Part shown: positions 58,444-64,000 of the stretch, in pieces
How the letters are laid out: every line of letters starts with the position of its first letter
Numbering within the stretch: the first letter of the stretch is position 1
NCBI GenBank assembly: GCA_942492935.1
Contig: OW818654.1
Location: forward strand, 3,052,640-3,116,639
Length of the DNA stretch: 64,000 nucleotides
Reading direction: 5' to 3'
Source: an uncultured bacterium
GTDB lineage: Bacteria > Bacteroidota > Ignavibacteria > Kapaibacteriales > UBA2268
The notes under the pieces: model-generated
The model's database searches: none
Seen by the model: only the letters and a program-made list of their open reading frames with translations
What the model was told of the DNA's origin: nothing
Made by a program: the position numbers and the translations under genes

Positions 58444-58690
58444 TTTACTAATTATATCAGAGGAGTAAAAAATATATGATTGCGTTATAAAAGCCCAAGA
58501 CTCGTGATCTCAGGCTTATTGGATCACGTCATTACAATGTTGGCTGTTTAAAACCATCAATTGCAATTTTGTAGCCTTAAGCGACTGCAAAATTAATCAA
58601 ATAAATGGTTTTAAACAAGATATGTTTTTTTAGCATTTTTTATTAATTTATTTTCAAACTCATTTTATTAATATTTATTCAGGTGCAATT

Positions 58691-60076
58691 ATGAAGATAA
58701 TTGTAAATTTAATAGTATTTCTATTTTTCGGAATTGCAATATACTCTCAAGAACCTGGCTGGAAATTTAGTTATGATACACAGATTCCTAAAATTAATTT
58801 AAGTATATATTTTCAGGGATTGAGTTGTTATGATGAATTAAATTGTATTTGTTCTTCAGCTCAAAGCAAAGTTGGAGCAAGAATTTTCAAAACAACAAAT
58901 GGCGGAATAAGTTGGGAAGAATTATATACCGATACTTCAGATACAAGAACCGAACCTTGGTATGTACCAAGATATATAGCTGGCTATGTTAAATATTATG
59001 AAGATGGAACTATAATTGTACTTACTCGAAATAGTACCCAAAAGAGTATAGTTTTAAAATCTGTTGACTATGGAAAAAGTTGGAAACAATATAAAATTGC
59101 TGATGCATTCGACCAAGATTATGAGTTAATTTATGATAGAAATTTGATTTATGTTGTAAGTATGAATGGAACTCAAAATATGGAGATAGCATATTATTCC
59201 AAAGATGGTGGTGAGTCTTGGAAAATATTTCCTGTTCCGGATTCAATTAAAGATTTATATGGATTATATAGAGTTGATTTGTTTAATAAAAATACATTGA
59301 TATTTACAAAAGGCATTACTGATACAACAATCAACGACCATATTAATTTCAATTTACTATATACATGCGATTTAGATGGTAATAATTGGAAACAGATGTT
59401 AATACCTAAGCATATAAATAGATTCAAGGTAATAAATGATAATATTTTATTCGGATATGGATATAATTGGAATGATGGTAATATTGATAGTGGTTATATA
59501 TATAAATCTTATGATGGTGGAAAAAATTGGGAATTAAAATTCAAGACTAATTGGATACATACATTTATTCAAAATCTTGAATTCTTTGGAGATAGTTTAG
59601 GTTATGCAATCGGAAGAAAATCTCTTTTTATCAAAACTACAGACCAAGGTGAAACTTGGTTTTATCCCAAAAAGGACTTATATTATCAAGATACGACTTA
59701 TTATACTGCAAATTTGCAAATTCCATCTGAAAATGTGGTATATTACACAGGTTCATTAACAAAAAAAATAGTAAAGTATGAAAAAATTTCAGGATCAGTA
59801 TCAGAGCCATCAATAAAGAATTTCAATCTCTATCCTAATCCATTATATTCAGCTGATGAAGTCAATTTAGAATTTTATGCAATAAAATCAGGTGATTGCA
59901 AAATTTATTTAACCGACACAGGTTCAAGGCAATTAGCAGAATTTTATACAGGTTTTGTTGAAGAAGGAATATTGAAAATGAAATTTCAATTACCAAAATT
60001 AAGTTCAGGTGCTTATTGGCTTGTAATAGAAATGAATGGATATAATCATATCAAATTATTGAATATTGTAAATTAG
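58691..60076 (+). CDS. Secreted BNR/Asp-box repeat beta-propeller protein with a T9SS C-terminal sorting domain
   Basis: Asp-boxes TTNGGISWE, SVDYGKSWK, SKDGGESWK, SYDGGKNWE, TTDQGETWF. C-terminus FNLYPNPLYSADEVNLEFYAIKSGDCKIYLTDTGSRQLAEFYTGF...GAYWLVIEM is a T9SS CTD. Confidence 0.75.
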   Translation: MKIIVNLIVFLFFGIAIYSQEPGWKFSYDTQIPKINLSIYFQGLSCYDELNCICSSAQSKVGARIFKTTNGGISWEELYTDTSDTRTEPWYVPRYIAGYVKYYEDGTIIVLTRNSTQKSIVLKSVDYGKSWKQYKIADAFDQDYELIYDRNLIYVVSMNGTQNMEIAYYSKDGGESWKIFPVPDSIKDLYGLYRVDLFNKNTLIFTKGITDTTINDHINFNLLYTCDLDGNNWKQMLIPKHINRFKVINDNILFGYGYNWNDGNIDSGYIYKSYDGGKNWELKFKTNWIHTFIQNLEFFGDSLGYAIGRKSLFIKTTDQGETWFYPKKDLYYQDTTYYTANLQIPSENVVYYTGSLTKKIVKYEKISGSVSEPSIKNFNLYPNPLYSADEVNLEFYAIKSGDCKIYLTDTGSRQLAEFYTGFVEEGILKMKFQLPKLSSGAYWLVIEMNGYNHIKLLNIVN

Positions 60077-60106
60077 AACAATAAAACAAAAATAAATTTT
60101 TTAGTT

Positions 60107-60140
60107 GTCCTGCACTTTGAAAGTGTAGGACAACTATTTA
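60107..60140. repeat. Variant copy of the 33-bp palindrome (agttgtcctgcacttt-g-aaagtgtaggacaact) with compensatory arm changes. Followed at 60158-60200 by a degenerate cattctgaa hairpin module and a ttttgagacagccc tail also seen at 41062-41085.
   Basis: The centre cactttgaaagtg is identical to the 20825 family. The arms differ (gatgtccaacac versus gttgtcctgcac), but the partner arm changes in step, with one G-T position. Confidence 0.7.
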
Positions 60141-60376
60141 TAGAAGACAGAATACGAGTATGGATTCTGAAACAAGTTACCAATGACATCTTTTGAGACA
60201 GCCCTATGTTTGATTGCCAAATTAGATAAGAGTGAAAAGTCTAAATACTCCGCATTTCATTAAGCACAATGCCAGAAGGGAGAATTTTACATCATATATG
60301 TATGCTGTTACAAGCAACAAATCCCACGAAATGTAAAAACCATTTTAATTTAATTATTATTTGCAAATTATTTTTC

Positions 60377-61624
60377 TTAATAAATTCGCTTTACTCTATG
60401 ATTTCTATAGCTATTTAGTAGTAATCCAGCTAATGAAAGATTTATTATTAGTGATGTGCCACCATAACTGAGTAATGGTAATGGTATTCCCATAACTGGC
60501 ATAATTCCAATAACCATACCTATGTTAATTAATATGTGATATAAAAATATTATTCCTGCTCCTATTGAAGTGATAGAAAAAAATTTGTCTTCAGTTTCAC
60601 CTGCAATTATTATTGACCGATAAATCAACCCAGCAAAAAGCAGAATTACTACCACTCCCCCAATAAATCCAAATTCTTCAGTAGGAACTGAAAAAATAAA
60701 ATCTGTCCATTGCATTGGTACATATCTTAATTGAGTCTGTGTACCTTGTAAGTAACCTTTACCAGTAACTCCCCCACTTCCTACTGCATAAATAGATTGA
60801 ATAACATTATAGCCACTACCCTTTGGGTCAAATTCAGGATTAAGAAATGTTTCGATTCTCGCTTTTTGATGGTCCATTAAATTATTGTAAATCAAGGGAC
60901 TAATATATCCAAATAACGCAAAAATAGCTATTGCTGTAATTTTCCAAACCAAACTATTACGAAAGAACAACGCTGCACCACCAAAACCAACTAAACCAAT
61001 TGCATAATACCACATACCTTTCAATCCCAAGATTACCATAAATGGAATTGCAACAATTTGATATAAGGCAAATGCACTAAATCCAGACCAAAATAATATT
61101 CCAATGAATAATGCCACAAAAACAGAAGACGAACCATGGTCAGGTTGGAAAAAAATTAGTAAAGTTGGAATAAAAACATATAATGAAGTAGTGAAAAAAT
61201 CACGAATTGTTCTTATATCGACACCTTTTGTAGAAAGGTGAAATGCCAACATTAAAAGTACTCCAAGTTTTGCAAATTCAGCTGGTTGAATAGAAAGACC
61301 TCCTATCCTTATCCAACCCATAGTGCCATAAACTGATGTCCCAAAAATATATACAGCAATCAAAAGTAGAACAGATGAGCCATAAACAAAAATTGCACTA
61401 TTTTTAATGATTTCTTTCGGCAAAAATGCAATTATAATCATTGCAGACACTCCAATTCCAGCAGATAATAATTGCCTGTAGAATGCAGCTATATTTGTTT
61501 CATTTGTTGCACTATATACAGACATTAAACCTATTACTAATAAACTTATTATCAGTGATAAAGTTTTAAAATCGAAAAAAATACTTGTGTCTCTTTCTAA
61601 TGATATTGGCTGTAATTTACTCAT
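60377..61624 (-). CDS. SEDS-family peptidoglycan glycosyltransferase (RodA-like; second FtsW/RodA paralog)
   Basis: SIQPAEFAKLGVLLMLA and MGIPLPLLSYGGTSLI motifs. Not adjacent to other dcw genes. Confidence 0.8.
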   Translation of the reverse strand: MSKLQPISLERDTSIFFDFKTLSLIISLLVIGLMSVYSATNETNIAAFYRQLLSAGIGVSAMIIIAFLPKEIIKNSAIFVYGSSVLLLIAVYIFGTSVYGTMGWIRIGGLSIQPAEFAKLGVLLMLAFHLSTKGVDIRTIRDFFTTSLYVFIPTLLIFFQPDHGSSSVFVALFIGILFWSGFSAFALYQIVAIPFMVILGLKGMWYYAIGLVGFGGAALFFRNSLVWKITAIAIFALFGYISPLIYNNLMDHQKARIETFLNPEFDPKGSGYNVIQSIYAVGSGGVTGKGYLQGTQTQLRYVPMQWTDFIFSVPTEEFGFIGGVVVILLFAGLIYRSIIIAGETEDKFFSITSIGAGIIFLYHILINIGMVIGIMPVMGIPLPLLSYGGTSLIINLSLAGLLLNSYRNHRVKRIY

Positions 61625-61666
61625 TTCTATACTACTCGTTTATGAATTTGTTATATAATTTTACTT

Positions 61667-61698
61667 TAAAAATCCTCTCAAAAGAGAGGATTTTTTTA
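61667..61698. terminator. Bidirectional terminator (purC / SEDS intergenic region)
   Basis: aaaaatcctctc-aaaa-gagaggattttttt. Confidence 0.6.
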
Positions 61699-61729
61699 AA
61701 GTTTATTATTTAATTGGAATAGAAAATTT

Positions 61730-62623
61730 TCAATCCCAATTCTCAGAAGTAATTGCTCTATATGCCGCTTTATATTTTTCCAATGTTTTATTGATTATTT
61801 CTTCTGGTAAAGTTGGTGGTGGTGGCATTTTATTCCAGTTAATACTTTCCAAATAATCTCTTAAAACTTGCTTATCAAAATTCATTTGCGATTTTCCAAT
61901 TTGATAATTTTCTTTGAGCCAAAATCTTGAGGAGTCAGGTGTCAGTGCTTCATCAATCAAAATAGCTTCACCATTTTCATCTATTCCAAATTCAAATTTT
62001 GTATCAGCGAGAATAATACCATTTTTATCCAAAAATTCGGCACCAAAATTATAAAGTTCTATCGAAATATCTTTTAGTTTATTAGATAATTCAATTCCAA
62101 TTATTTTTGACATTTCTTCAAAATTTATATTTTCATCATGCCCTGTTTCTGCTTTTGTTGCTGGAGTAAAAATTGGATAAGGTAATTTTTGATTTTCTTG
62201 CAAACCAGAATCAAGTTTAATTCCACAAACAGTACCAAAAGTTTTATATTCTTTCCAACCTGAGCCAGCAAGATACCCCCTGACAACAAATTCAATTGGA
62301 AGCGGATTGCATTTTTTTACAATCATAGACCTACCATCAAGTACATCACTATATTGCTGGCAAATTTCTGGATATTCTCCAATCTTAGAACTAATATAAT
62401 GATTGCTAATAATATGCTTAGTATTTTCAAACCAGAACTTTGAAATCTGTGATAAAATTTTTCCTTTTTCAGGAACTGGTTCATTCATAATAACATCAAA
62501 TGCAGATATTCTATCACTTGCAATTACAAGCAACAAATTATCAACTTCATACACTTCCCTGACTTTGCCTTTGCGGAAAATTTTCAATTCATTTAAATTC
62601 GTTTCAAACACAATTTTTTTCAT
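61730..62623 (-). CDS. purC: Phosphoribosylaminoimidazole-succinocarboxamide synthase (SAICAR synthetase, long form)
   Basis: KGKVREVYEVDNLLLVIASDRISAFD and downstream SAICAR synthetase motifs. Confidence 0.9.
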   Translation of the reverse strand: MKKIVFETNLNELKIFRKGKVREVYEVDNLLLVIASDRISAFDVIMNEPVPEKGKILSQISKFWFENTKHIISNHYISSKIGEYPEICQQYSDVLDGRSMIVKKCNPLPIEFVVRGYLAGSGWKEYKTFGTVCGIKLDSGLQENQKLPYPIFTPATKAETGHDENINFEEMSKIIGIELSNKLKDISIELYNFGAEFLDKNGIILADTKFEFGIDENGEAILIDEALTPDSSRFWLKENYQIGKSQMNFDKQVLRDYLESINWNKMPPPPTLPEEIINKTLEKYKAAYRAITSENWD

Positions 62624-62637
62624 TTTAATACACCTAA

Positions 62638-64000
62638 TTAAATTCCAAGAAAGATTTCAGAAAAATATTTTGTATAATCAAATAATGAATATTTTATTTG
62701 ATAAAACCCAAGAGGAACTACAATAAACAACAAAAAGAAAATACCACCAATAATACAAACCCTTGAAAACGGTACATCAAAAACCACACCTGAGGAACGG
62801 AAAATTCTTGCTATTGTCCAAATCAATATACCAAGATAAAGCACCAAAAACAGCCAAATAGTAATAGGTGATAAGACCAGAATTCGTATCAAAATAATTG
62901 AGATAGGTAATAAAATTAGAATCGGAACCCCAGACCAAACAGATAAAACCAAACTATCAGCATAGTAAATTCTTGCTCTTGACATGAAGGCGAAAGAGTT
63001 TATAATAAAAGCCACAAACATAGCAAATGCAAAGCTAATCAAAGCAATTATAAGTGCTGATAATTCTGGCATCCAGATAATTCTGAATAATAATTCTTGT
63101 AATGAATTAAGTGGAGTACCAAGCATAAAAATATATTGTGCAATGAAACTCGAACGATAATAGTATAAAATAGATGCAAGATATAGTCCTATTGTAAATG
63201 CAGTTATTGCTCCGAGAAATATTGTTTGAAAGGACGACATAATTCTTTGGTCTCTAATGTCAGCATAGAAATTATAAGGTCTTAAAACAGAACGAAACAT
63301 ATATTCTCTGAATCTTTTGAATCTGTTTATAAGTAATATAACTGCTATACCAAGTGCAAAACCACTTAAAATAAATGAAAATGGAGTCTTTTCGCTATAA
63401 TTTCCAGCATTCAATAAGGGTTCCTTTTCACCATTAAACAATGCTTGAACAGTTGAATAAGATAGTCGCTGTCTGCGTTTCCTATCCATTAAGCCAGAAG
63501 TTGCAAGATATATATCTTGATTGTCAGTAATTAAAATGGGATTGTTTAGATTGTAATCATTGAAAGTATTTATTATACTTCCACAGCCATCTAAGTCATT
63601 AACAATTTTATAAATATTTGAAATAATATATGCTTGAAATTCAATAGATAGAGGGTCGGCATATCCATTATGATTCTTCGGTTGAATTGTAGCACCATAA
63701 GACATAAATAATGGTTTTTCATTAATTAAACTTTTTACTCTTGAAAATTCTTCTTCGATTTGCTTCATATCAACTTTTTGACGAATATTGCGTAAACCAA
63801 TAAAATCGAAATTCTTCAAGTCAACTTTATCAACTCCAAATGGAATTATTTTGTATAATAATTTATCTGACTGATTCTTGAATAAATTAGTCAATAAATC
63901 AAAAAACTTTGAAGATTCAACAGTTCCTTCAATTATACCATCTGATATTCCATAAGCAAAAACTGAAGGATGATTTTCGTAATTCAAAATTATTTGCCTT
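62638..64000 (-). CDS. Integral membrane protein with an N-terminal soluble domain (~200 aa) and about 8 TM helices. Function unknown. The start is TTG at 63987 or beyond the window.
   Basis: The ORF stays open to the window edge in the same frame (…RQIILNYENHPSVF). Hydrophobic C-terminal half. Confidence 0.45.
   Translation of the reverse strand, partial: RQIILNYENHPSVFAYGISDGIIEGTVESSKFFDLLTNLFKNQSDKLLYKIIPFGVDKVDLKNFDFIGLRNIRQKVDMKQIEEEFSRVKSLINEKPLFMSYGATIQPKNHNGYADPLSIEFQAYIISNIYKIVNDLDGCGSIINTFNDYNLNNPILITDNQDIYLATSGLMDRKRRQRLSYSTVQALFNGEKEPLLNAGNYSEKTPFSFILSGFALGIAVILLINRFKRFREYMFRSVLRPYNFYADIRDQRIMSSFQTIFLGAITAFTIGLYLASILYYYRSSFIAQYIFMLGTPLNSLQELLFRIIWMPELSALIIALISFAFAMFVAFIINSFAFMSRARIYYADSLVLSVWSGVPILILLPISIILIRILVLSPITIWLFLVLYLGILIWTIARIFRSSGVVFDVPFSRVCIIGGIFFLLFIVVPLGFYQIKYSLFDYTKYFSEIFLGI

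Noticed and set aside
60107-60140. 33-bp palindrome family as simple rho-independent terminators
   Set aside because: Only some copies (for example 31411-31443 on the minus strand) are followed by a U-tract in the correct orientation. The tandem copies at 20825-21237 are not, so a pure terminator role does not explain the family.

Overview
AT-rich (~30% GC) chromosomal segment. Gene content fits an FCB-group bacterium (Bacteroidota/Ignavibacteriota-like): several T9SS C-terminal sorting domains, a GWxTD-like protein, a small XrtF-like exosortase pair, and Rho with an N-terminal extension. Housekeeping genes (rho, murD-ftsW, def, rpsA, infC, mfd, tsaD, cinA, ruvX, a second SEDS gene, purC, tRNA-Ser) are interspersed with accessory genes. 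The most striking feature is a 13.5-kb co-directional array (3687-17152) of paralogous secreted tail-fibre-like proteins. They share a conserved ~120-aa N-terminal domain and have different Asn/Gly-rich repeat cores. Three of them end in a phage-type C-terminal intramolecular-chaperone (peptidase S74-like) domain with an S-D-x-R-x-K motif and a terminal coiled coil. No other phage structural genes are nearby. The array is mosaic: it contains near-identical 'junction cassettes', a 12 x 123-bp in-gene tandem repeat, and a +1 frameshift in a T5 run that splits one ~1444-aa gene. A further divergent paralog starts at 650 on the minus strand and runs off the window. The second theme is a modular family of palindromic intergenic repeats. 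A 33-bp perfect palindrome and two smaller hairpin modules occur in tandem at 20806-21290 and dispersed at 31060-31490, 41038-41085 and 60107-60200; one copy has compensatory arm substitutions. There is also a 331-bp MITE with 16-bp TIRs and a 9-bp target-site duplication at 57601-57931. A 7-mer microsatellite and a structured leader lie upstream of a BNR/T9SS gene, and cinA carries a probable -1 frameshift. All calls rest on reading the sequence and the ORF translations; no database searches were run.
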